Positions 1 through 8,838 of a stretch of 64,000 nucleotides of DNA are shown here, one piece after another (the stretch's first letter is position 1; each line of letters begins with the position of its first letter). The stretch covers positions 20,079-84,078 of the forward strand of contig JAOPTS010000069.1 in assembly GCA_051531955.1 (NCBI GenBank), in the 5' to 3' direction. The notes beneath the pieces were generated by a model that saw only the letters and a program-made list of their open reading frames with translations, did no database searches and was not told the origin of the DNA. The stretch comes from Reichenbachiella sp. (GTDB taxonomy: Bacteria > Bacteroidota > Bacteroidia > Cytophagales > Cyclobacteriaceae). A program made the position numbers and the translations under genes.

Positions 1-921
1 GAGTTTATTCAAAAGATTCATTGTTTCATTGGACATATCATTTTGATCTAATAACCAATGAGCATGAGCCTCTACATTAGCAAATAGGTTTTTATGGAGT
101 TTGAATTGGGATCCAAAACCTGTTCCAATTGACCATAACTCTTGATCTTCAAATTGTGTACCTGCGGAGAGGATCGTGTAGAATGAATTAATCCCGGTTT
201 TTAAAGTTGCTCTAATTGGAATCACATCGCCATGTTCAACTCCAAATTGGAACTTTCCATTCTTCTTTACAATATTGATCAACCCGATCTGTAATCCTGA
301 ACTGACAGAGTCAGCGATATTGATGAGTCCAAATTGAACTCCTTTTAACTCTTTGGCGTAGTTACTGATGACAGCAAGTTGAAGTCCATTAGCTGTTTTT
401 GTAGTGTTGTTAATTGTAGATAGTTGAAGACCTTTGTACTCCCGAGAATAATTGTTGATTGCAGAGATTTGACTTCCTTTGAGATGACCAACATTGATAT
501 TGGTGATAGCAGTCAATTGCAGACCCTTTGTATCTCCAACAGTCGTGTTAGAAATTGCAGAGATTTGAGTTCCTTCTAAATTGCCTTTGGCATAATTCGC
601 AATTGCACTGATCTGTGTGCCTGAGACATTACCACCAGTATAATTAAGTAAGGTGCTTAACTGAGCGCCTTCAATATGGCTGACATCCCAATTGGATAAT
701 ATTCCTAATTCAAATCCTTGAAGGCCATATTCGTAACCTGACAAGATGTTGAATGAAATATGGTTGACGTACTGGTCTGAAGGTCCATTACTGGTTCCGA
801 AACCAGGGATGAAAGTGGCTTGTGCCCATCTAGTCTGTTCGATTGTCTCTTGACCGAATAGACTAAAGACAAGAACGAATGCTAAATAAAATGTTAGGGT
901 GATTATTCTTATTGATTTCAT
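1..921 (-). CDS. Beta-helix (LA_2272-like GxQ repeat) outer-membrane protein, 3' end outside window; STN-less paralog of 1225..3045
   Basis: Not in the ORF track. Manual translation from ATG at 921 is open to base 1: MKSIRIITLTFYLAFVLVFSLFGQ (signal peptide), GTQISAIAN/GLQLTAITN repeats, then IVKKNG...GDVI...LWSIGTGFGSQ matching the neighbour's C-terminal half. Confidence 0.88.
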   Translation of the reverse strand, partial: MKSIRIITLTFYLAFVLVFSLFGQETIEQTRWAQATFIPGFGTSNGPSDQYVNHISFNILSGYEYGLQGFELGILSNWDVSHIEGAQLSTLLNYTGGNVSGTQISAIANYAKGNLEGTQISAISNTTVGDTKGLQLTAITNINVGHLKGSQISAINNYSREYKGLQLSTINNTTKTANGLQLAVISNYAKELKGVQFGLINIADSVSSGLQIGLINIVKKNGKFQFGVEHGDVIPIRATLKTGINSFYTILSAGTQFEDQELWSIGTGFGSQFKLHKNLFANVEAHAHWLLDQNDMSNETMNLLNKL

Positions 922-946
922 TACTTTGTTTTTTGATTTTCAACTC

Positions 947-978
947 TTAGAAACCCAAACCAGGTTCTACCCTGACAA
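947..978 (-). promoter_or_regulatory. Putative ECF-sigma promoter TTGTCAGGGTA-N15-TTCTA
   Basis: Same bipartite motif and 15-nt spacer as the one upstream of fecR (4050-4080). Confidence 0.6.
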
Positions 979-1224
979 GTCGATGAAAAAAAGTGAAATT
1001 ATTTTTTATTTAGACTGATTCAGAATGAATTGGTGGGCCTAGTAATAATTGTAGCACTCGTTCAACCAATGATTCCTTTTGAATGATTTACAACACAAAA
1101 GTGTGGCACTTTATTAATCCTTAAGTTCCTAATTGCATCAAGATGTTCGGAATTACATATCAGAACCTCTTCAATTAATGTTATCAAAGCAGTGAGTCAT
1201 GAGTAGGGATAAAAGAGGTGATTA

Positions 1225-3045
1225 TTAAAATCTGATAGAAGAAGTGAACCCGACCCACATTTGAATGGAAGTACCTTCTTCGATAGTGTCATAGAATGGC
1301 TTGTTGGCTATGTCATAACCATAGACGCCAGACCCTTCGGATGTTTCGTTAGACACGTATATGTTAAGCACTGGCCCTGCAGTAATGGATAAATGATTGA
1401 AAAATTGGTAACCACCAGTAATTTGAAACCTGGTTAGCAAATTGAAGAAAGCATCATTGGTTGATTCATCCTCATAGGAGGATAGGTAATGTGATCTTAG
1501 TTCGATAGAAGTAAAGGCTTTTTTGTAGATAGGGATTTGACTACCGAATCCGAATCCATAAGACCATAAGTTTTGACTGTTGATTTGAGTTCCAACAGAA
1601 ATAATGTTGTAAAATTTCTTCAGACCTGTTCTTAAAGATGCTTCCAAATCTATAACATCGCCATTTTCTAAAGCAGCTTCAAAATAACCGTTCTTCTTGA
1701 CAATACTAATGAGACCAATTGGGATACCAGTAGTAACCGTGTCGGCATAGTTGAAGATGCTGAGCTGGGTTCCTTTGAGGTTTTTAGCGATGTTGATGAA
1801 TCCAGACATTTGCAACCCGTCAGCTTCATTGGCGGTATTGATGGCTCCTGAGAGTTGAAAGCCTTTCATCTCTACTGCAGTGTTGATAAAACCTGACAAT
1901 TGCATCCCATTGAGTGTACGGGTGTGATTGTTGAACCCAGATAATTGTAACCCTTTGAAATCCTCAGTGGCAACACAAGAGAAACCTCCGATTTGAGTTC
2001 CGTTGAAAGACTTAGCCGTATTGGCAAATCCTGCAATCTGCACGCCCTTCATGTCGTTAGTTACGACATTGAGCGCACCGCCAATTTGCACACCGCTTGT
2101 GTACCCACGATTGGTATTGAGTACACCTCCAATTTGCAGTCCTTTCACTTTGCCACCTACTGTATTGCCTACTCCTCCGACCTGAAAACCTTTAACGTTG
2201 TGCCGATCTATATTGTAAAGTCCACCCAATTCAAATCCATTTAACCCGTAGGAATATCCTGCCAGTAGGTTGAGGGAAAGTTCGTGTTTAACTTGTCCCC
2301 CCATTGTCATATTGGTGCCAACAGCTGGTATCAGAGAAAATTGAAAATATCGCTCTTGAACATTACTAACATTCCGAACGTTCTTTCGGTTTTTGCTAGT
2401 AGTGAAAAACTGAACCATCCTTTTTGATTCTACCTGAACATTACTTTTGAATTGGTTGATTTTTTCTTGTCTTGGGTTGAGTAGGATAGGTTCGTTCAGT
2501 TGATCTACTTTACTCACCTGTATGATGGTGTCTTCATAGTTTTCTCTGCTGATGGCAAAAGTCACATAATCACTCTTGGCACTGACAGTGAGGTCAAAAT
2601 CACCTTGGCTATTGGATAGTGTAGAGTTCAGGGTGTTAATTTCATAAATGGTAACATCCTTTAATGTTTCGCCAGTCTCGGCATCTACAACACCACCCGC
2701 AATTCGGAAAGTGGTTTTTTCATGCTGATTAGAATGAATGCTTTTTTGGATGATGACATAGCTACCAATTGATTTGAATTCATAACCTTCTCCCAATATC
2801 GAGGACAGGATCGTCTCCAGTGTCATGTTGATAAAGGATTGTTTAATTTTGCCTTTTGGCAGTATCGCAGGACTATAAGATAAATTGATGTCTGGTATAG
2901 TGTTGAGATTGGCTAATGCAATTTCTATTGTGACATCTTCAAAATTGGCATTTAGAGTCTTGGTCAAGACGTCTTGCGCATAGGTAGATTGACTCAGTAA
3001 TAGTATAAATAGTAGGGGACTAATAATAGATTTAATCACAGCCAT
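1225..3045 (-). CDS. STN + carboxypeptidase-regulatory-like + beta-helix repeat protein with probable C-terminal beta-barrel
   Basis: Signal peptide; STN-like segment (TIEIAL...INLSYS...TLETILSSIL...YVII); GGVVDAETGETLKDVTI domain; GxQ(I/L)(G/S)GxxN repeats; C-terminus MWVGFTSSIRF resembles a BAM signal. Overlaps the fecR stop. Confidence 0.8.
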   Translation of the reverse strand: MAVIKSIISPLLFILLLSQSTYAQDVLTKTLNANFEDVTIEIALANLNTIPDINLSYSPAILPKGKIKQSFINMTLETILSSILGEGYEFKSIGSYVIIQKSIHSNQHEKTTFRIAGGVVDAETGETLKDVTIYEINTLNSTLSNSQGDFDLTVSAKSDYVTFAISRENYEDTIIQVSKVDQLNEPILLNPRQEKINQFKSNVQVESKRMVQFFTTSKNRKNVRNVSNVQERYFQFSLIPAVGTNMTMGGQVKHELSLNLLAGYSYGLNGFELGGLYNIDRHNVKGFQVGGVGNTVGGKVKGLQIGGVLNTNRGYTSGVQIGGALNVVTNDMKGVQIAGFANTAKSFNGTQIGGFSCVATEDFKGLQLSGFNNHTRTLNGMQLSGFINTAVEMKGFQLSGAINTANEADGLQMSGFINIAKNLKGTQLSIFNYADTVTTGIPIGLISIVKKNGYFEAALENGDVIDLEASLRTGLKKFYNIISVGTQINSQNLWSYGFGFGSQIPIYKKAFTSIELRSHYLSSYEDESTNDAFFNLLTRFQITGGYQFFNHLSITAGPVLNIYVSNETSEGSGVYGYDIANKPFYDTIEEGTSIQMWVGFTSSIRF

Positions 3046-4036
3046 TTCCTTTTAATATGATTTGGTTGTTAATATCACTTACTTCTAATCCTAAAGTACT
3101 AGAGACTATCTGAAGTATGTTGTCTAAGTCTTCGTCCTCGAATGATACACTGATACGACAATTTTCTATGTTTTCACTTTCAAGAGAAATTTGACTCTTA
3201 TAAGCGCTATTGATAGATTGTACCGCATCGATTAATTTGGTATTGTTGAACCTCAAAGATTTTGTGCGCCAAAAATTGTGTTCATTGGAGTTATAGGTGA
3301 TGAGTTTCGAGAATTGGTGAGTGTTCAAGTCTACAACAATGCTCTGTCCTGCGGACACAAATATGTTCTTTCCAAATGAAGATAATGAGACTTTGCCTTC
3401 ATCTACACTTAGGGTGATAGATTCAGGACTTGATTTGATGTTGAATGCAGTACCGATTACAGTAACGTTAGCATCTTCCATTTCTATAACAAAAGGTCTT
3501 GAACTGGATGGCGTTACGTCAAAATAAGCCTCGCCAATTAGTTGAACCACTCGTTGTTCCGTATTGAATTTTTCGGGATAGCTAAGTGAAGAAGATTTAT
3601 TGATCGTCACCGTACTTCCATCTGCCAATTGAATAGGGATAGCAGCTTCGTGGGCCGCAATTGTAGTGAGCTGGGGATCGATCTCGTTTGAAAAATAGAA
3701 CCATCCAGCTACTATTAGTACCAAGACAGATGCAGCATACTTGAGTGTCGTTTTTGGGATCGCTAGTTTGATAACCTTGCTAGTAGAATCAATCTGATTA
3801 GTATCTGTGAATTTATCCCATGCATCTTCACTTGATGATCGTTGGTCCGCAATTTTAAGAGACCCAACAGCTTTCATATCTAGATGAAAAACATACGCAT
3901 CATCAAAAGCTTGCTGATTCTTATTATTCTCAGCTCTCCATTGAATTACGGTATTGCGCTCATGAATAGATACTTCTTCGGATAAATATCTGAATAGTAG
4001 CTCCTCAGTTACGTTATGTTTATTGTCTTCTATCAT
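3032..4036 (-). CDS. fecR: FecR-family anti-sigma factor
   Basis: Single TM helix; LADGSTVTIN, GEAYFDV and VIGTAFNI motifs; C-terminal domain; lies directly after the ECF sigma. Confidence 0.93.
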   Translation of the reverse strand: MIEDNKHNVTEELLFRYLSEEVSIHERNTVIQWRAENNKNQQAFDDAYVFHLDMKAVGSLKIADQRSSSEDAWDKFTDTNQIDSTSKVIKLAIPKTTLKYAASVLVLIVAGWFYFSNEIDPQLTTIAAHEAAIPIQLADGSTVTINKSSSLSYPEKFNTEQRVVQLIGEAYFDVTPSSSRPFVIEMEDANVTVIGTAFNIKSSPESITLSVDEGKVSLSSFGKNIFVSAGQSIVVDLNTHQFSKLITYNSNEHNFWRTKSLRFNNTKLIDAVQSINSAYKSQISLESENIENCRISVSFEDEDLDNILQIVSSTLGLEVSDINNQIILKGNGCD

Positions 4037-4049
4037 CTTTACTAGTCCC

Positions 4050-4080
4050 TAGACATCTATATCCATTTTTACCCTTACAA
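4050..4080 (-). promoter_or_regulatory. Putative ECF-sigma promoter TTGTAAGGGTA-N15-GTCTA overlapping the sigma stop codon
   Basis: Duplicate of the motif at 947-978; ends 13 nt upstream of the fecR ATG. Confidence 0.6.
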
Positions 4081-4641
4081 ATATTTTTGAATCCAATTAA
4101 AAACTATCAACAACACGGTTGGAATGTAATTAGAAAGCTCTTTTCTCATCACTTTCAAGGCACGTCCCATTTGTGTTTCCACCGTTTTGATTGAGAGATT
4201 TAGTTCTTCTGCGATTTCCTTGTATTTTTTATCTTCAAAACGACTCATTTCAAATATCTCCCTACACTTATCTGGTAGTTGAGATAGCCCATGATCAATC
4301 TTGTCTTGCAATTCGTTCAATTCTAAAAAATTATCGGTATGATAATTTTGGTCATGCTTTGCGTGTTCCTGATGTGCATAGATGACTTTTTGATGTTTGA
4401 GATTGTTCAAACATCCATTTCTTACCGCTCCGTATAGATACGATTTGATATTGGTTCTCACCTGAATATTATCAGATTTGGACCATAGTTGGCTAAACAC
4501 TTCTTGTACTACTTCCTCAGCTGCCATCCAATCATTGAGGTATTGATTGGCAAAACCAGTCAATGGCTCAAATAAACTCTTGAAGAGTTTTTCAAAAGTA
4601 TCCTTCTGATTTAATGGGGTGATATTTATAGAGGAGGCCAG
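4075..4641 (-). CDS. ECF sigma-70 factor (Bacteroidota FecI-like)
   Basis: AEEVVQEVF, SYLYGAVRN and YKEIAEELNLSIKTVETQMGRAL motifs. The frame stays open upstream of the track start (4563) through FEKLFKSLFEPL to CTG at 4641, bounded by TAA at 4654-4656; start uncertain. Confidence 0.9.
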   Translation of the reverse strand: MASSINITPLNQKDTFEKLFKSLFEPLTGFANQYLNDWMAAEEVVQEVFSQLWSKSDNIQVRTNIKSYLYGAVRNGCLNNLKHQKVIYAHQEHAKHDQNYHTDNFLELNELQDKIDHGLSQLPDKCREIFEMSRFEDKKYKEIAEELNLSIKTVETQMGRALKVMRKELSNYIPTVLLIVFNWIQKYL

Positions 4642-4783
4642 GTTATTGGTAGGTTATTATGTTGCGAAGCTAACAAAAATGAATTATTCGTAAGAAAATA
4701 AAACAAAGATATTGAATTGGAGTATTAGTATCGGAGAAGAATATTTCTTAGTAAAGAAATACCTTCTAATTATGACTTTCTAT

Positions 4784-4814
4784 TTTGATAGTGAAGACAA
4801 GGTGGATAACTTTG
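4784..4814 (+). promoter_or_regulatory. Bacteroidota housekeeping promoter TTTG-N19-TAACTTTG
   Basis: Exact -33/-7 consensus upstream of the DUF5686-type gene. Confidence 0.7.
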
Positions 4815-4892
4815 TTGAATCTTTTTTACTGTCACACACAGTCAAAATAGAGATGTTACTAGCCAATCAACAAAACCTAAATACCTACTACC

Positions 4893-7451
4893 ATTAAACG
4901 TATTAGTAAAATACTTACCATAGCATTTCTTTTTCTTGCTATCACCTCTTCACTAAGTGCTCAGGAGCGAACTCGGATCAGAGGTGTGGTGACTGATGCC
5001 ACCACTGGTGAGACACTGCCGTTTGTCAATATCTCATTTAATGGAACTACTCTAGGGACAGTGTCTGATATGGAAGGTAAATTCTATATCGAAACCAGTG
5101 ATGCAACCAACCAACTCAAGGCCTCCTATATCGGGTATGATGCTATTATAAAACCTGTCAATATTGGTGCTATTCAAACTATTAATTTCAGCTTGGTGGA
5201 AAAGAGCTTAGAGTTAGATAATGTAGTCGTTAGTGGTAAAAAGCTTAGGTACAAAAATAAAGGCAACCCAGCTGTAAAAGTGATTCAAAAAGTAATCGAA
5301 CACAAAGATGATAATATCATTGGCAGCTTGGATTACTACGAATACAACAAATACGAAAAGGTAGAGTTTGATTTCAATAATATCTCTGAAAAGTTCATGC
5401 AAAGACGTGTAATGAAGGATTTTCAGATGATTTTCGATTATATGGATACATCAGATATCAATGGAAAGACCTATCTACCGGTCTTCTTGAGAGAAACTAA
5501 TTCGGATGTGTATTATAGGAAAAATCCAAAACGATATGTAGAATATCGACGTGGAGTGAAGATGACTGGGTTTGAAGAGTATTTTGACAATCAAGGAATA
5601 TCATTCGCTATGGATAAGATTTATCAAGATGTTGATATTTATCAAAACAATATGAATGTTCTGTCGCAAATGTTTGTTAGTCCGATTTCAATATTGGCTA
5701 CATCAACTTATAAATATTACATAGCAGATACCCTGGTGATAGACGGGGAAAAGCTTTACAAATTATCATTTCAGCCCCGAAACGCAAATAGCTTGGCTTT
5801 TGTAGGGAACATGTTTGTGACTACCGATTCGGCGTATGCTATTAAACAAATCTCTATGCAGATCGCAGATGATGTGAATTTGAATTACGTGTCAGATTTG
5901 TTTGTTGATCAGGAGTTTGAAAAGAATGAAGAGGGCAAGTACATCAAGACTTTTGATAAGTTGAGTATGGATTTTAATGTCCTAGATAATAGCGGTGTAG
6001 GGATCTTCGCAAAACGATCCGTATCTTATGGTGATCACATCTATAATGTACCACGAGAAGATAGCGTGTACGCTGGTCTCAATACTATAGTAGAGATAGA
6101 AGAGAATCAAGATAGACCGGATGAATACTGGGAGTCAATTAGGCATGAGGAGTTAACTGATTCGGAAAAGGATGTCTATGAAATGACTCAGGAGATAGAA
6201 AAGCTTCCTGCATTTCATCGTACGATGGATATCATTACCTTACTCACTATTGGGTACCTTGATAAAGGGCCTTTCGCCATTGGACCAGTTGGCACTTTTT
6301 ACTCTTGGAATGAAATAGAAGGGATGCGGTTGCGATTTGGAGGAATGACCAATAGGAAATTTAGTGAACATTGGGAACTGAGTGGCTATGGTGCATATGG
6401 GGTTCTAGATGAAGAATGGAAATACTCAGGTATTGTTACCTACTATTGGGATAGAAATCCACTTCATGCGATACAAGCGCAATATCAAAAAGATATCAAT
6501 AATCCAGGAGAGGATTTGCAATACGTGCCAGAGGATAACTTTTTGTTGTCATTCAAGAGAGGGGTGAACGATAAAAAAATCTACTACTCTCGTACGAAGT
6601 TTGACTACTACAAGGAAGTAGATTATGGTATTACATTTACGGCAGGAGTAAAACAACAGGATTTACAGCCAGGAGGTATATTGAGTTTTGCTCCAGGTGT
6701 GATAGATCCTAGTATTAAGGATCAAGAACAACGAGAAGCACAAGAAATTAAAACTACAGAAGCAACACTAGGTATTCGTTTTGCACCTAATCAAAAATAC
6801 TATGTAAGTAGAACGCAGCGGATTCCTATTCCAGATAAAAACCCTGTGTTTAACCTCAGGTATTGGCATGGTTTTGAAGATGTACTTGGAGCAGATTACA
6901 GTTATGATAGATTGCAATTAGGGATGAACAAAAGGTTCTATGTTGCACCATTTGGTTATACAGATTTTTACTTAATTGGAACTAAACTTTGGGGAACAGT
7001 GCCCTATCCACTGTTGACGATACCTAGAGCGAATCAAACGTACTCTTATCAAGTAAAGAGCTATAATATGATGAACTATTTGGAGTTCGTTAGTGATATG
7101 CAACTAGAGGTGCAATTGCAGCATAGCTTCAATGGGTTTATCATGAATAAGATACCGCTAATTAAGAAATTGAAACTCCGCTCGTTTGTCACATATAAGA
7201 TGGTATACGGTACAGTTAGTGATAAAAATGACCCAGACTTGAACAATGAACTGCCACCGTTTCCAGTAAATCCTAATGGCGTACAAGCAACATATGCAAT
7301 GTCTAATAAACCTTATATGGAAGCGAGCGTTGGCTTGTCCAATATCTTTAAAGTATTGAGGGTGGATTTGGTCAAAAGGATCACTTACTTAGAGCAGCCA
7401 GATGTGCCACAAGGATACGTGATACGTGCTATGCTAAATATCGAATTTTAG
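4893..7451 (+). CDS. Carboxypeptidase-regulatory-like + DUF5686-type outer-membrane protein
   Basis: VTDATTGETLPFVNI N-domain, YYEYNKYEK and WNEIEGMR motifs, C-terminal Phe. The signal peptide appears only if the start is ATT at 4893; the track gives GTG at 4986. Confidence 0.8.
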   Translation: MKRISKILTIAFLFLAITSSLSAQERTRIRGVVTDATTGETLPFVNISFNGTTLGTVSDMEGKFYIETSDATNQLKASYIGYDAIIKPVNIGAIQTINFSLVEKSLELDNVVVSGKKLRYKNKGNPAVKVIQKVIEHKDDNIIGSLDYYEYNKYEKVEFDFNNISEKFMQRRVMKDFQMIFDYMDTSDINGKTYLPVFLRETNSDVYYRKNPKRYVEYRRGVKMTGFEEYFDNQGISFAMDKIYQDVDIYQNNMNVLSQMFVSPISILATSTYKYYIADTLVIDGEKLYKLSFQPRNANSLAFVGNMFVTTDSAYAIKQISMQIADDVNLNYVSDLFVDQEFEKNEEGKYIKTFDKLSMDFNVLDNSGVGIFAKRSVSYGDHIYNVPREDSVYAGLNTIVEIEENQDRPDEYWESIRHEELTDSEKDVYEMTQEIEKLPAFHRTMDIITLLTIGYLDKGPFAIGPVGTFYSWNEIEGMRLRFGGMTNRKFSEHWELSGYGAYGVLDEEWKYSGIVTYYWDRNPLHAIQAQYQKDINNPGEDLQYVPEDNFLLSFKRGVNDKKIYYSRTKFDYYKEVDYGITFTAGVKQQDLQPGGILSFAPGVIDPSIKDQEQREAQEIKTTEATLGIRFAPNQKYYVSRTQRIPIPDKNPVFNLRYWHGFEDVLGADYSYDRLQLGMNKRFYVAPFGYTDFYLIGTKLWGTVPYPLLTIPRANQTYSYQVKSYNMMNYLEFVSDMQLEVQLQHSFNGFIMNKIPLIKKLKLRSFVTYKMVYGTVSDKNDPDLNNELPPFPVNPNGVQATYAMSNKPYMEASVGLSNIFKVLRVDLVKRITYLEQPDVPQGYVIRAMLNIEF

Positions 7452-8134
7452 AGCTTTTTAAATTTGAGAATGAGTTTTGATTCCAAGTCATAGACGACAA
7501 GTTCATCATTCTCATTAATCTCATAGGTATATGCTTTGTTCAAAGCATCTAAAAACTGATCTTCTAACTCTATGTTTGGACAAAGTTTTTTACTTCGTAG
7601 TATGAGATTGAAAGAGATTTGATTTCCTAATGTAAGTCTTGTTGTTCCAGAAATCTGATTGCAACCGGTATTTACAGATGCAAGACCATTCTCCTTTGTC
7701 AAATCAATGTATGGTTGCAATTGTCCAGGTTCAAGTATTACTTCTTGTTGAAAGATCTCTGTAACCAACCAAGTGTTCTTAATACTCAAACTATAGTCTT
7801 TAATTTTATTGACTTCTTCTAAAAGGGCATAACGTGTCGAGCCGTTATCAGCAAAATCAACTCTTACTTTAAGAAAATATAAATAACCATATTGGTATTT
7901 GAATCCTGAGATGTCATTGTAAAAGGTGCGCCAAGCGTATGATTCAGGGATTTCTAAAGTCTGACTAGTATAGCAATCACTTTTTCCAACACTGGCACAT
8001 GGGACCTTATAACTATTGATCCAAATGTAATCAGTACGGTATTCAAAACTGTTGGTACTTTCTACTTTAGCAGTTGTACATCCTGTCTGAACTATGACAA
8101 ATGCCAGTATTATAAATCTAAAAAGCAGTTTCAT
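7448..8134 (-). CDS. Lipoprotein with DUF4377-like and META (HslJ-like) domains
   Basis: Lipobox VQTGC; ISGFKYQYGY; NTGCNQISG and SKKLCP META motifs. Confidence 0.78.
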   Translation of the reverse strand: MKLLFRFIILAFVIVQTGCTTAKVESTNSFEYRTDYIWINSYKVPCASVGKSDCYTSQTLEIPESYAWRTFYNDISGFKYQYGYLYFLKVRVDFADNGSTRYALLEEVNKIKDYSLSIKNTWLVTEIFQQEVILEPGQLQPYIDLTKENGLASVNTGCNQISGTTRLTLGNQISFNLILRSKKLCPNIELEDQFLDALNKAYTYEINENDELVVYDLESKLILKFKKL

Positions 8135-8165
8135 TGACTTTTTCACTTCAAAAATTGAATTATTG

Positions 8166-8196
8166 TTTGATTCCCTGACTTTAACATATATTTTAG
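8166..8196 (+). promoter_or_regulatory. Housekeeping promoter TTTG-N19-TATTTTAG for the SusCD operon
   Basis: -33/-7 spacing of 19; one mismatch to TAnnTTTG. Confidence 0.5.
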
Positions 8197-8298
8197 GGCG
8201 TGGTTAAAACTAGTTAAATGAAATCTATGTTGAAAACATATTGACATAATTCGTTTTGATCACTGTCAGTTTTGGTTTGGAACATAAAGAGATAAGCT

Positions 8299-8838
8299 AT
8301 GAAAAGCATATTTGCAAAAATATTGATTTTAGGAATTGTTGTAGGAGTATTTGCATGTAAAGAAGAGGAAAAGGAGCCTGATCCAATTTATGGGGAGTGG
8401 GTATTGGATGATGCAGTATTAAGTAATCCGCCTGCAGGGTTTGAATCATATGACGGTATTACATTACCTAGTTTGTTTGGTGAATCTGAGTACGTCTTGG
8501 AATTTTTTGAAGACAATACTTATGAGAGAGAATTGAAAGGTTTAACATTCGGGGATGGAAGTGACGTAGAAGATTTGGGAACGTTTGAGTTTGGGGATGA
8601 TTTTTTAGAACTTGATCCAGATGAGGATATTGGGCTTGAGACAGATTTTGATATTATTGAAGAAGTTAACATTGAGAATTTGGTTTTAGGAACAACAATT
8701 CAAACTTTATCGTTATCTGATGCAGATTATGCGGCAATTAGTGATACCGTTACTTCACAAGCTACTTATGATAGTCTTGAAGCTATTTATGAAGTTTCAA
8801 TCATCTTAGATTTGACTATGGAGTTTGACAAAGATTAA
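8299..8838 (+). CDS. Acidic surface lipoprotein (lipocalin-like/DUF5004-like)
   Basis: Lipobox VFAC followed by KEEEKE export-type signal; IYGEWVL motif. Confidence 0.7.
   Translation: MKSIFAKILILGIVVGVFACKEEEKEPDPIYGEWVLDDAVLSNPPAGFESYDGITLPSLFGESEYVLEFFEDNTYERELKGLTFGDGSDVEDLGTFEFGDDFLELDPDEDIGLETDFDIIEEVNIENLVLGTTIQTLSLSDADYAAISDTVTSQATYDSLEAIYEVSIILDLTMEFDKD

Noticed and set aside
1750-2260. Periodic nucleotide pattern and small + strand ORFs (1993..2244, 2003..2185)
   Set aside because: Explained by the GxQ beta-helix repeats on the minus strand; these are antisense shadows, not an array.
4712-4897. 61-aa ORF in the divergent intergenic region
   Set aside because: It spans a consensus promoter, has a TTG start and shows no recognisable motif.
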